DNA of 64,000 bases from Candidatus Dojkabacteria bacterium (GCA_014729085.1 WJKM01000011.1:234852-298851); one strand, 5' to 3'; positions 1 through 9,867 are shown, counted from the first letter of the stretch. Translations and numbers: made by a program. Notes: generated by a model not told the origin, from the sequence alone.

Positions 1-2
1 AG

Positions 3-1037
3 GATCAACTGAGTAATAGAATAAGTAGCGTAGTTAATACCTTTGATAGAGAAGATGAAAAGACAGAATTATTTGAGCAAGTAGAGTCATCTAAAACAGA
101 ACTGAGCAAGGTCGATGTCTTTGAGGAGAGGAGAGATCAACTTCTTGGGCAATTAAATGAATTGGCCGACAAAATCAATAGAAGAGTAAGAATTACAGAT
201 CCCCAAATTATTAAAGATTTTGGTGTTATAGAAGGAACTGTCCCTTCGGATATTGATATTTATAATGAAAGATTATACGTAAGCGACAAAGGTAATGGAA
301 TTATCTACTCAATTGATTTACAAGGTGGCGATATGCAAAGAATTGCAGATGATTTGCAAAGCCCAAGTACAATATCTGCCTCTACATTAAACGAATTAAT
401 TTTTGTTGTTCAAAATAATGAAAGGGCTTTAGGAAAGGTGAATTTAGAAGGAAACATAGTTACGTTATTTCCAGGTATTACTCAAGAAAGGCTTGGTAAT
501 GTGACTGAAATAGATGCTTATGAAGTTGTTCCGGGAGATAATAGAGTATATGGTGTAAGAGAAGATAAAAAGGAGGTTATTCAGACGAAAAGAAGTACTG
601 ATAGCTATGGTTTGCCAAATGTACGTTTGAAGGAGGAAGACTTTTCAGATTTATTGGATATTGATATCTATGCAGGAAAGATATATGTGATTTCAAAAGG
701 TCAGGGTGTGAGAAGATTTTACGGAGACGAGATGGAGACTTCGGTGAGAGGGATTATTAATCAAGATAATTGGAATAACGCCTCATGCATTTACGTTGAT
801 AAAAAATATCTTTATGTTGGGGATAATGAACAAGACAGAGTAATGATTTTTAATCAAAGTCGCGGAAATGATGTTACTATTATTGATTTTTTGCTGCAGT
901 ACGACCTTTCCCAGATTTTGGGAGGTAGTGATATAATCGACATTGTTGCTGATTTAGAAAGTAATAGTTTATTTGTTCTGGCCGGACCAAAATTATTTAA
1001 GATAGATTTATCCGAAGTACAAAACTTCGACTATTAG
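3..1037 (+). CDS. 5'-truncated protein with C-terminal beta-propeller (NHL/YncE-like) region
   Basis: Frame is open from position 3 into the 162..1037 ORF; repeated blade-like motifs LYVSD, IYVIS, LYVGD, LFVLA. Confidence 0.6.
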   Translation, partial: DQLSNRISSVVNTFDREDEKTELFEQVESSKTELSKVDVFEERRDQLLGQLNELADKINRRVRITDPQIIKDFGVIEGTVPSDIDIYNERLYVSDKGNGIIYSIDLQGGDMQRIADDLQSPSTISASTLNELIFVVQNNERALGKVNLEGNIVTLFPGITQERLGNVTEIDAYEVVPGDNRVYGVREDKKEVIQTKRSTDSYGLPNVRLKEEDFSDLLDIDIYAGKIYVISKGQGVRRFYGDEMETSVRGIINQDNWNNASCIYVDKKYLYVGDNEQDRVMIFNQSRGNDVTIIDFLLQYDLSQILGGSDIIDIVADLESNSLFVLAGPKLFKIDLSEVQNFDY

Positions 1038-1083
1038 AATTTGGAATATCAGTAACAATATATAAGAAACGAAGATAGAAGTT

Positions 1084-1536
1084 ATGAAAATTTTGGGAAA
1101 AAATAAAAAGGCATTTCGCGATTATGAAATCATAAAGAGATTTGAGGCGGGTATGGTTTTGGAGGGTTGGGAAGTTAAATCCATTAAGAGCCGAAATTTT
1201 AGTTTAAAAGAAAGTCATGTGTCACAACGACACGGAGAGATGTGGATTTATGGTATGCATGTTTCATCATGGAAATTTGGTGGAAGTTTAGAAGAAATGG
1301 ATGAACAACGTCCCAAAAAATTATTGTTACACAAAAAAGAGATTGAATACTTGATTGGGAGTGAGCAACGAAAGGGCCTGACTATTATACCTTTAAGTGT
1401 TTATTTGGAAAGAGGCTTTATTAAAATTGAAATTGCTCTAGCTAAAGGGAAGAAGCAGTATGATAAAAGGAAAAAGATTAAAGAAAGGGATCAAAAAAGG
1501 CGAATAGAAAGGGATTTAAAGAGTTTGGGGTATTAG
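1084..1536 (+). CDS. smpB: SsrA-binding protein SmpB
   Basis: NKKAFRDY, EAGMVLEGWEVKS, KLLLHKKEI, AKGKKQYDKR motifs. Confidence 0.97.
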   Translation: MKILGKNKKAFRDYEIIKRFEAGMVLEGWEVKSIKSRNFSLKESHVSQRHGEMWIYGMHVSSWKFGGSLEEMDEQRPKKLLLHKKEIEYLIGSEQRKGLTIIPLSVYLERGFIKIEIALAKGKKQYDKRKKIKERDQKRRIERDLKSLGY

Positions 1537-1684
1537 TGTTGTTATGAATGCGAAAATCTATCCTCATGATATAATAATGAGGTTATTTGATAATATAATA
1601 AAAGCTTTACTAATTATAATTAGGGGTTTTTAAAGTGAATACTTTAAAAGTTTCTAAGATTTCAAATCATTTTTTTATCTAGAC

Positions 1685-2113
1685 ATGACACAAGATCCAA
1701 ATCAAACATCCGCAGTTGACGATGATGCAAAGAAAAGTGAAGAGCAAGGAGGAAAGAGCGCAAGCGTAGGAGGTCCGGAAGGACAGCCAATATCGGTCGA
1801 AAGAAGTCCTCAAGCACAAGCAGAAGTAGGGGAGGTTCTCAAACAGATTGAATCGACAGCAGAAAAACAAGCTGAGGCAATAGTACAGAAGGAAAAAAAG
1901 GCTCAAAAGAAGGCTTCGAAGAAACAAAAAGTTAAGGCTAAAAGGAAATCAAAAAAAATTGAAGGTCCAAAGGTATATGGATATAAGATACCTTCGAAGA
2001 TTTCGAACAATCTACATAGAATTTCCAAAATGAAAGGAAAGGGAGATCCAAAAACCGGACTTGCTTGCCTATACGTATTCTTAGATAGGCTTCTCAGAAT
2101 GAATAGATCATAA
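1685..2113 (+). CDS. Hypothetical protein (disordered N-terminus, basic middle)
   Basis: 142-aa ORF with plausible composition; TGATATAAT upstream near 1567-1575. Confidence 0.7.
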   Translation: MTQDPNQTSAVDDDAKKSEEQGGKSASVGGPEGQPISVERSPQAQAEVGEVLKQIESTAEKQAEAIVQKEKKAQKKASKKQKVKAKRKSKKIEGPKVYGYKIPSKISNNLHRISKMKGKGDPKTGLACLYVFLDRLLRMNRS

Positions 2114-2349
2114 AGTTATTATTCTCCTTATGCAGAAAATACACGTTTTTTGGTGAAGAATGAATACTAAGTTTCTGCTTCAGAGGATTCCGCATCGAAA
2201 CCATGGGTTGTAGCTCGCAATATTTTATTCTCCACAATTTTCTGAATGTACAGTTAATTATCCCTCTTTGATACTACTTCATGATAGTGTATCATTATAG
2301 AGTATACATTATTTAGATTCTCGTTCGACAATTTGAGAAAGATAGTTGA

Positions 2350-4890
2350 TTGGTTTATTTTTACAATAGCATGTTTCAATTTCGACAATTTTTAAACTTA
2401 GGCTTTATTTTTTCCAGCCAGGCTGCTACCAGAATCGTTAGAAGTTCAGGTGGCTCCAGAGGCGTTGATATTATGGAGCTTGTTGAGGAGGAACCAATGC
2501 TTTTGCTATTTTCAATCATAGGTTTTGCAGTAGGTCTTCTGGTTATCAGGCTTCTTTTCAAATTATTTGCTAAAGGTGTAAAAAATGCATCATTAGAAAA
2601 AAAATCGCTTAATTCTGTTTTATTTGAGATTAGGCTTCCTCAAAGTAATGAGATAGAAATTCAAGCTGCAGATCAAATGTTGTCAGGCTTTTTAGGAATC
2701 AAAAGAGAGGTTGGACTTATGGATAAGCTTTTTGGAGCGGGATATTATATTAGTTTTGAAATAGTTGCTTTTCCGGAATCAATAAGATTCTATGTTAACT
2801 GCCCAAAACAGATTTCTACTTTGGTAGAAAAACAGATTAATGGTGCTTATCCCGATGCAGAAATCATAGTAACCGAAGAATATAATATGTTTATGCCTAA
2901 ACAGAAGGTGGAATTTTGTAGCTTAGAACTTGAAGAAAAAGAATCTCAGCCAATTCGAACTTACGAAGAACTACCTCAGGATGTTTTAAGCAGTATTACA
3001 GCAGTTATGAGTAAACTTCAAGCGGGTCAGGCAATGGCAGTACAGCTTGTAATCGTACCGCCGGGACATTCATGGCGAAAGGATGCTAAGAAATATGTCA
3101 AAAAAGTAAGAGATAATAATTCAGACCCAGAAAAATCCAAGATCGAAGTTGATGAGGACACCCTTACAGCGATTGAAAAAAAGGCAGAGAAAGCAGGCTT
3201 TGCTACAGATATTAGATTAGTTAGTGTTGCAAAGGAAGAACAAATAGCTAAAACAAACCTTGATAATTTAGTATATGTTTTTGATCAATTCAGTAAACAG
3301 GGGGCAAACAAATTTAAGAAGGTAAAATATAAATTTAGCAAAAGAAATCAGCGCAAATTCATCAAAAAGTTCATTTATAGAATGCCTACCGAAACAATGG
3401 TATTGAATACAGCTGAGATTGCCTCCATCTATCATTTCCCAAATCAGAATGTCAATACACCCCATATACATTGGCTAACAGCAAAGAGGGCACCTGCATC
3501 AGGAGAAATTCCAAGTACTTTCGAACCTGGATCTATTTATTTGGGTATTAATCAATATAGAGGTTTAAAAAAGAAAATTTATCTTTCACTAAAAGATAGA
3601 AGAAGACATTTCTACTATGTTGGTAAAACTGGTGCTGGGAAAACTGTTCTACTACAGCATATGATATATCAAGATATTCATAATGGACAGGGGCTAGCTT
3701 TTCTTGACCCCCACGGAGACGCAGTTGAGTGGTTGCTTGAGAGAATACCCCCAGAACGAGCGGAAGATGTAATATACTTCAATCCTGCAGATGTAGATAG
3801 GCCTATTGGTATGAATATCATGGAGTGGTATACGGAACAAGATAAGCATATAATTGTAAATGGATTCCTTGGATTGTTAAGCAAAATTTTTGACCCTCAT
3901 AATCAGGGAATAACCGGACCGAGATTTGAACAGGCAGTTAGAAACAGCATGTTGACTGTAATGTCTAGGAAGGGGACAAGCTTAGTTGAGGTTATGAGAG
4001 TACTACAAAATGACGAATATGCAAAATCTTATTTTCCTTACTTAGATGATGAAGTTGTAAAAAGATACTGGACTGATCAAATTGCAAAAACTCAGGATTT
4101 CCACAAATCGGAAATTCTGGGATATATTGTTTCTAAGTTTGATCGTTTTATTACAAATAAATTAATGAGAAATATAATTTCTCAGAGTTCGTCGGGTTTC
4201 GATTTTAGGAAAGCTATGGACGAAGGAAAAATTGTATTAGTTAATTTATCAAAAGGATTAATTGGGGAGGAAAACTCACAATTTTTAGGTCTGTTGCTTA
4301 TACCAAAAATGCTTCAGGCTGCTATGAGCAGGGCAGATGTACCTCAAGATCAAAGGCGTGATTTCTATCTGTATGTTGACGAGTTTCAGAATTTTGCAAC
4401 ACCAGACTTTGCGCAGATTTTATCTGAGGCTAGAAAGTATAGGTTAAACTTGGTAGTTGCGAATCAGTATATTGCACAGATGAGCGACGAAATTAGAGAT
4501 GCAGTTTTTGGTAATGCGGGTTCAATAGGAAGTTTCAAGGTTGGTGTTAATGATGCCCAATATTTGGCCAACGAATTCGACCCTGTATTTGATCAAAATG
4601 ATTTAATCAACCTAGAAAATCTCAATATGTATGTTAAGTTGCTTTCGAAAGGAGAATATCACAAGCCTTTTTCAATGGCATTGGATACAGATCTTGTATT
4701 TAAGACTCCTGGCGATAAACAAATGGGTGATCTAGTTAAGCAGCTTTCGAGATTTAAATACGGACGTGACAAAAATCTTGTAGAGGCAGAAATTAAGGCT
4801 CGAGAAGAAGGGAGTATTTCCGGAGTCGACCCTTCAAATAATGTAACCCCTAAACCTACACAGCCAACTTTTAAACCACCATTAAAATAA
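2350..4890 (+). CDS. VirD4/TraG/TrwB-like P-loop ATPase with N-terminal membrane anchor
   Basis: Walker A GKTGAGKT, DPHGD, Walker B LYVDEFQNF, SEARKY..L.VANQ; true start may be a later Met. Confidence 0.88.
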   Translation: MVYFYNSMFQFRQFLNLGFIFSSQAATRIVRSSGGSRGVDIMELVEEEPMLLLFSIIGFAVGLLVIRLLFKLFAKGVKNASLEKKSLNSVLFEIRLPQSNEIEIQAADQMLSGFLGIKREVGLMDKLFGAGYYISFEIVAFPESIRFYVNCPKQISTLVEKQINGAYPDAEIIVTEEYNMFMPKQKVEFCSLELEEKESQPIRTYEELPQDVLSSITAVMSKLQAGQAMAVQLVIVPPGHSWRKDAKKYVKKVRDNNSDPEKSKIEVDEDTLTAIEKKAEKAGFATDIRLVSVAKEEQIAKTNLDNLVYVFDQFSKQGANKFKKVKYKFSKRNQRKFIKKFIYRMPTETMVLNTAEIASIYHFPNQNVNTPHIHWLTAKRAPASGEIPSTFEPGSIYLGINQYRGLKKKIYLSLKDRRRHFYYVGKTGAGKTVLLQHMIYQDIHNGQGLAFLDPHGDAVEWLLERIPPERAEDVIYFNPADVDRPIGMNIMEWYTEQDKHIIVNGFLGLLSKIFDPHNQGITGPRFEQAVRNSMLTVMSRKGTSLVEVMRVLQNDEYAKSYFPYLDDEVVKRYWTDQIAKTQDFHKSEILGYIVSKFDRFITNKLMRNIISQSSSGFDFRKAMDEGKIVLVNLSKGLIGEENSQFLGLLLIPKMLQAAMSRADVPQDQRRDFYLYVDEFQNFATPDFAQILSEARKYRLNLVVANQYIAQMSDEIRDAVFGNAGSIGSFKVGVNDAQYLANEFDPVFDQNDLINLENLNMYVKLLSKGEYHKPFSMALDTDLVFKTPGDKQMGDLVKQLSRFKYGRDKNLVEAEIKAREEGSISGVDPSNNVTPKPTQPTFKPPLK

Positions 4891-4900
4891 GAAAGGAAAA

Positions 4901-4973
4901 TGCTCCAGGGTGGAATTGAACCACCGACCCCCGCTTTATAAGAACGGTGCTCTAACCCCTGAGCTACTGGAGC
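4901..4973 (-). tRNA. tRNA-Ile (anticodon UAU)
   Basis: Reverse complement folds as a cloverleaf: acceptor GCTCCAG/CTGGAGC, anticodon arm CCGTT-CTTATAA-AGCGG, T-loop TTCAATT; CCA not encoded. Confidence 0.93.
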
Positions 4974-5143
4974 AGGTTTACGAAAATTTATTTGCTTACC
5001 TTGAAGTGAAAGTCACTTACTTATAAGTTCGTACCTGAAATTATAAATCTTGACAACGATCCAGTCAATTATAAATAGATATATTTGAAATGGATATATA
5101 ATTTAAGAAAGTAGCAAGGGGCAGCTCCTTGTTATTTCAATTT

Positions 5144-6022
5144 CTATAGAGGGATAACTTTTGCTGATTTCTTTTTCTTACGATCTTCTATAAGATTCAA
5201 GTATTTTTCCGTACTTGTAAGTCTTTGGTGGCCTACAATTTCTGCTACTCTTTCGATAGGTATTCCTCTTTCAAGTTGATAAACTATAAATGTGTTTCGT
5301 ATGTCATTAACTGTTGCATCTTCAATACCTGATTTTTCAAAAGCGTTGTTTATCATGGTTCTGATATTACGTACAAGCACCTGTCTGCCGGTTTTGGTTA
5401 TAAAAAGGTAACCTTGATCTTTTTCGGTATTTGGACGAACTTTCAAATATTCCTGAATTGCCTCCACAGCATTTTTATTAAGAGGGATCACTCTCTCTGG
5501 ATTACTTGCGTAAGCTTGAATCTTGGCTGTTGCGGGAGAGGATTCAAGGTCAACATTATCACGTTTGAGTCTTGAAAGTTCTCCTATTCTCATACCTGTT
5601 TGTAATAGTATTTCTATCATTGCATAAAGTCTTTCGTTGTTTCTTGCGGTATCTCTTAATGCTTTATATTCAAGACTGGAAAGAATTCTTGGGTCTTTCG
5701 GTTTGAAAGTGGGATGAGAAATTGGATGTGCAACGTCGGACTCAATATAGTTTTCTCGATGAAGGAATTTAAACAAAGTTTTATAACTATTTATTTTTCT
5801 GGAGACAGTTTTAAGAGTAAATTTTTTTTCTTTGATAAGATGCTCTATCCAAACTTTTATGTGCTTTGTTTTATAATCTGAGACCTTAGAATGCTCATCC
5901 TTATAAAAATCAAATAATTGTTCAATATCTTTTTTGTAGGCAATTATGGTGGAAGGTGATCTATCTTTTTCTTTCAGGTTATCAATGAATTTTTCAAGAG
6001 CCTCTGAATGTGTTAGTGTCAT
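5144..6022 (-). CDS. XerC/XerD-like tyrosine recombinase
   Basis: N-terminal SPSTIIAYKKDI, TGMRIGE (Arg), VGH...TEKY (His, Tyr); HxLR box reads NDIR. Confidence 0.88.
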   Translation of the reverse strand: MTLTHSEALEKFIDNLKEKDRSPSTIIAYKKDIEQLFDFYKDEHSKVSDYKTKHIKVWIEHLIKEKKFTLKTVSRKINSYKTLFKFLHRENYIESDVAHPISHPTFKPKDPRILSSLEYKALRDTARNNERLYAMIEILLQTGMRIGELSRLKRDNVDLESSPATAKIQAYASNPERVIPLNKNAVEAIQEYLKVRPNTEKDQGYLFITKTGRQVLVRNIRTMINNAFEKSGIEDATVNDIRNTFIVYQLERGIPIERVAEIVGHQRLTSTEKYLNLIEDRKKKKSAKVIPL

Positions 6023-6244
6023 AGTAGTATATAACTTAAAATAATATTTTGCGTAGTTTAGATTAATCTACATTGCTTTACGATTGTGAATGAACTAGAA
6101 ACTACGCTTTTCGTGAGGCAGAATTTTGCAATATAATTAAAAATATGAGTTAATAGTGTAATTTTATCATTTAAATTTGAAAAATTCAATACTAGGGGAT
6201 ATAATAAGTATAATAAAAATTTGCATTATTAACTATTTTTTCAA

Positions 6245-6682
6245 ATGTTTGTTCCGAAGTTTAAATACAAGATCAGAAAAGTTCTAAATTTAATCAATAA
6301 TTTTCAATCCCATCTTCACTTTAATATTTCTTGGCGGTTAGTTGCGCTTATTGTTACTGCGGGATTTATAACTACTCTTTTATTGACGAATATATATTCA
6401 AGTATCAAGGACATAGAAAAATACCGAATTTTGAACCAAGAGAGACGAAAATTAGATTCATTGAAGGAAGAAAATTACGATTTAATTCAGAAACGAGATT
6501 TTTACAATTCGAAATATTATCAAAGATTATACTCAAGAGAAGCCTTAAATATGGCAGAACCAGATCAGGAAATTTTTTATATAGAGAGGAGAAACATTTA
6601 CGACTATGACAAAATGACAGATATAGGAGAAAAAATAGACTTGCAAAATTTCAAGATGTGGTGGATACGATTGATTTTATAG
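6245..6682 (+). CDS. FtsB/DivIC-like septum formation initiator protein
   Basis: One TM helix, coiled coil, then REALNMAEPDQEIF resembling the FtsB ARxxLxMxxPxE motif. Confidence 0.6.
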   Translation: MFVPKFKYKIRKVLNLINNFQSHLHFNISWRLVALIVTAGFITTLLLTNIYSSIKDIEKYRILNQERRKLDSLKEENYDLIQKRDFYNSKYYQRLYSREALNMAEPDQEIFYIERRNIYDYDKMTDIGEKIDLQNFKMWWIRLIL

Positions 6683-6728
6683 GGTGTTTCTGCTAATATA
6701 TATATATTCTTCTCGATAATATTGTTAA

Positions 6729-6803
<75 letters not shown>

Positions 6804-6821
6804 GTTTTGGGAAATCTTCAG

Positions 6822-7313
6822 ATGAAATACTTCATATATTGTTTATTATTACGGAAATTGGAAATTTTTTAAATTTACATTTTTCCGTACAAGCTGCCGA
6901 AATCCCGTTTTACGGGATAAAGGCAAATAATTCCGAGCACAGCGAGAATTATGTGCACATCCAAGAGAAATCCAAAGTTTCACTATTACGGTTATACAGG
7001 AAATCTTGAGCAGAGATTGAGGTATCACAATAGAGGAAAGGTGCGAACCACAAATAGATTTAAACCTGTTGAATTGTTAGGTTACCGTGAATTTGAAACA
7101 AAGGAAGAAGCATTAGAGTTTGAGAAGAAATTAAAAAAGAGTGCAAGTGCAAGAAAGAAATTTATTAAAGAATTAAATGAGAATCGTCAGGCAGGTAACC
7201 TGAAGGTCGCGTGCCTGACAACCGTAGGTGGCAGGTACGTTCGAATCGCCGTGCCTGACATGAGTCATTCAGGCAGGTACTCCCGCAACCAGTTTTGGGA
7301 AATCTTCAGATGA
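6822..7313 (+). pseudogene. GIY-YIG nuclease interrupted by a 111-nt in-frame insertion with stop codons
   Basis: MKYFIYCL (6822-6845) and TSKRNPKFHYYGYTGNLEQRLRYHN...EALEFEKKLK (from 6957) share a frame; the intervening segment has two TAA. Confidence 0.75.
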
Positions 7314-7532
7314 AATACTTCATATATTGTTTATTATTACGGAAATTGAAAATTTTTTAAATTTACATTTTTCCGTACAAGCTGCCGAAATCCCGTTTTA
7401 CGGGATAAAGGCAAATAATTCCGAGCACAGCGAGAGTTATGTGCACATCCAAGAGAAATCCAATGTTTCACTATTACGGTTATACGGGAAATCTTGAGCA
7501 GAGATTGAGATATCACAATAGAGGAAAGGTGC
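7196..7532 (+). repeat. Tandem second copy of the tRNA-fMet 3' half plus GIY-YIG 5' part (copy of 6763-7044)
   Basis: 7278-7532 matches 6790-7044 (offset 488) with about 5 substitutions; 7196-7277 matches the tRNA 3' half with two short insertions. Confidence 0.93.
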
Positions 7533-7672
7533 ATATAAGTTTCTTCTAACACGGAGTCTAATGGCTTTCCCTATTGAGTAATTAGTATTGAGAGATTGAT
7601 TAGGTAAAAGGTTATTTCCAAACTTTTTAGTATTCTATAGAGTTCTTTTCCTACAACTAAAACTAAAGCCTT

Positions 7673-8038
7673 TTATTTATAAAGGTTATAGCTTTTCAGA
7701 GTGTTTATTATTTCGGTTTCTAATTCATAGTAAGTTGCATTTACTATTTGAGGAAATGGTATGACTAGTGCTTCAAAGTTATCTTTTAATTTTGGAAGTG
7801 TAAGTCGGATGATTTCTCTAAGCAGTCTTTTCACTCTATTCCGTTCTACAGCATTTCCAATCTTTTTTGATAGAACGAAACCAAAACGCGGGTATGTACG
7901 CTCAGGATATATAACTCTTTCTTTAGAATTAACATATCTGAGGTAGATTTGAAGATTTTGGGAATTGAGACTTTTATGCTCTTTGTAAATAAGGTCAAAC
8001 TCTTTTTGTTTTCTTATTCTATATGATTTGGGTAGCAT
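7673..8038 (-). CDS. rnpA: Ribonuclease P protein component
   Basis: RFGFVLSKKIGNAVERNRVKRLLRE (RNR motif); follows rpmH. Confidence 0.96.
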   Translation of the reverse strand: MLPKSYRIRKQKEFDLIYKEHKSLNSQNLQIYLRYVNSKERVIYPERTYPRFGFVLSKKIGNAVERNRVKRLLREIIRLTLPKLKDNFEALVIPFPQIVNATYYELETEIINTLKSYNLYK

Positions 8039-8071
8039 ATTATCGGAGTTTGAAAGTAGACTTTTGCTATC

Positions 8072-8257
8072 TTATCTCCTACGACTGATTCTTTTATTCT
8101 TATCTCTTCTCACGTCGTCGGAGGTACTAAGCTTTGATCTTCCCTTTTTTCTTCTTCTTTTAAGAACCCTTTTCCCGCCAGAAGTTTTTTTTCTAGCACG
8201 ATACCCCAGCTTTCTAGCCCTTCTTTTTTTTGATGGTTGATATGTCCTCTTTGGCAT
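8072..8257 (-). CDS. rpmH: 50S ribosomal protein L34 with C-terminal extension
   Basis: [22 protein letters not shown]...GRSKLS plus about 15 extra residues. Confidence 0.96.
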   Translation of the reverse strand: MPKRTYQPSKKRRARKLGYRARKKTSGGKRVLKRRRKKGRSKLSTSDDVRRDKNKRISRRR

Positions 8258-8420
8258 GATTTATTTTCTTTCCTAAATAATTAACGTATGTGATTTTAAC
8301 ATACAGACTACACTTTAAACAATTATATATTTATTACTCCTAGACATAGTAGCACTTAAATAATTAATATTAGTATAAAATAATATTAGAAAAAGTTAAT
8401 TTATTCGTAAATCTGAAGAA

Positions 8421-9824
8421 GTGAGAAAAATTTTTTTAACATTTTTGATCAGTCTGCTCTTTTTTGGCCTGTTGAACTATATGCTTAATAGCCTATCAGT
8501 TATTGATCAACGAGGTATTAATCAAATTCAGAATACATTTGAAGTATCAACTCAGGAAGAGTTTGATGTTCTATTTGAGGATTTAAAAGAAGTAGGACTA
8601 GTTTATAACTATATTAATAAAAAGCATTTTTTTTCCTTAGTGTTTATATTATTTCTTTTTTTGTTATTTACATTTCTTACGGTTCATTTGTTTATTGACA
8701 AACTTTTTTTTAGGAAATTTTATGAACAACCAGATATGTTTAAAGGGGTAAGAAGAGGATTGTTGTTTTCTTCATTTTGCATTTCTGTTATTTTCATTAA
8801 ACTTTTTGCTTTTTTAAATATATTTACTTTTATTTTAACTCTTTTTATTTTTAGCATTATTGAGTACCTCTTTTTACAGTTTTATAATTCTGGAAAAATC
8901 ATAAAAGAAGGTAAAAATAAGAAAGTGCAGGGAAAGGTTATAAGTGCGGGAGGTATTGTAGCTAGGAGATTAAGTGGGAAAAGACAAATTCTTTTTATTA
9001 ATCATGAACATGCGAAGGGACTTTCTTTTCCAAAAGGACATGTTCAAAATGCAGAGAGTATAGAGGAAACTGCCCTTCGCGAGATCAGAGAAGAAACGGG
9101 ATTGCAGAAACTATCAATCTCTAGCAAATTAGGTGTAGTGAGCCGAAAATCATTGGACAAATCAGAAGGATGTCCACAAAAAGATATTCACATATATTTG
9201 GTTAAGTCGGCTGATTGTAATCATAAAGAGGCAGACAGTGAATATCTATGGGTGGAGCCCAAGAAAGCTTTAAAAAACATGGCTTTTAAAGAGGAGCAAG
9301 AGTTCCTGAAGTCAGTTATAAATAAAATAGAATTTCAAGAAGATCTTAGCAGAGAATCCTTGGACAAATATTCCCGAAAGGTTAAAGATAATCTTGAAGA
9401 ATTAAACATGGATGTAAATATCAGAAATTTTTCTAAAACCACACGTACAGCGGTGGAAGCTGCAGAGGCAATAGAGTGTGAGGTTGGACAAATTGCAAAG
9501 TCGCTGGTTTTTCAAAATCAGAAAAATAATGAAGCTGTACTAATTATAGCGAGTGGAAAAAACAGAGTAAACGTTGAAAAATTAAATCAAAAGATGTCTT
9601 TAAATATAAAAATTGCAGATGCTGACTTTGTGAGAAGTAAAACGGGTTTTTCAATAGGAGGGGTACCGCCTGTTGGACATACGGAAAAAATTAAGACTTT
9701 TATAGATAAAGACCTGCTAGAATTCGAGGAAATATGGGCAGCAGCTGGTAGTTCTAATACTGTTTTTAAGATTAAATCAGATGAACTTGTAAAAATTACC
9801 AAAGGAGAAGTTATAGAAATTTAA
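8421..9824 (+). CDS. Fusion of membrane domain, Nudix hydrolase and YbaK/ProX aminoacyl-tRNA deacylase domain
   Basis: Four hydrophobic helices; Nudix box GHVQNAESIEETALREIREETG; YbaK motifs QIAKSLVF, TGFSIGGVPPVGH, WAAAG. Confidence 0.82.
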   Translation: MRKIFLTFLISLLFFGLLNYMLNSLSVIDQRGINQIQNTFEVSTQEEFDVLFEDLKEVGLVYNYINKKHFFSLVFILFLFLLFTFLTVHLFIDKLFFRKFYEQPDMFKGVRRGLLFSSFCISVIFIKLFAFLNIFTFILTLFIFSIIEYLFLQFYNSGKIIKEGKNKKVQGKVISAGGIVARRLSGKRQILFINHEHAKGLSFPKGHVQNAESIEETALREIREETGLQKLSISSKLGVVSRKSLDKSEGCPQKDIHIYLVKSADCNHKEADSEYLWVEPKKALKNMAFKEEQEFLKSVINKIEFQEDLSRESLDKYSRKVKDNLEELNMDVNIRNFSKTTRTAVEAAEAIECEVGQIAKSLVFQNQKNNEAVLIIASGKNRVNVEKLNQKMSLNIKIADADFVRSKTGFSIGGVPPVGHTEKIKTFIDKDLLEFEEIWAAAGSSNTVFKIKSDELVKITKGEVIEI

Positions 9825-9867
9825 TGATTGTAGAATATTTACTATTTATAAGTTAATTTACAAAAAA

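Noticed and set aside
1537-2349. tmRNA near smpB
   Set aside because: No tRNA-Ala-like GGGG...CCACCA ends or tag frame seen in the flanking intergenic DNA
4969-4979. GGAGCAGGTTT shared with the REP-like arm at 46015-46025
   Set aside because: Only 11 nt, overlaps the tRNA acceptor stem and has no second arm; likely chance
7673-8420. oriC next to rpmH-rnpA
   Set aside because: No dnaA, yidC or cluster of DnaA boxes nearby
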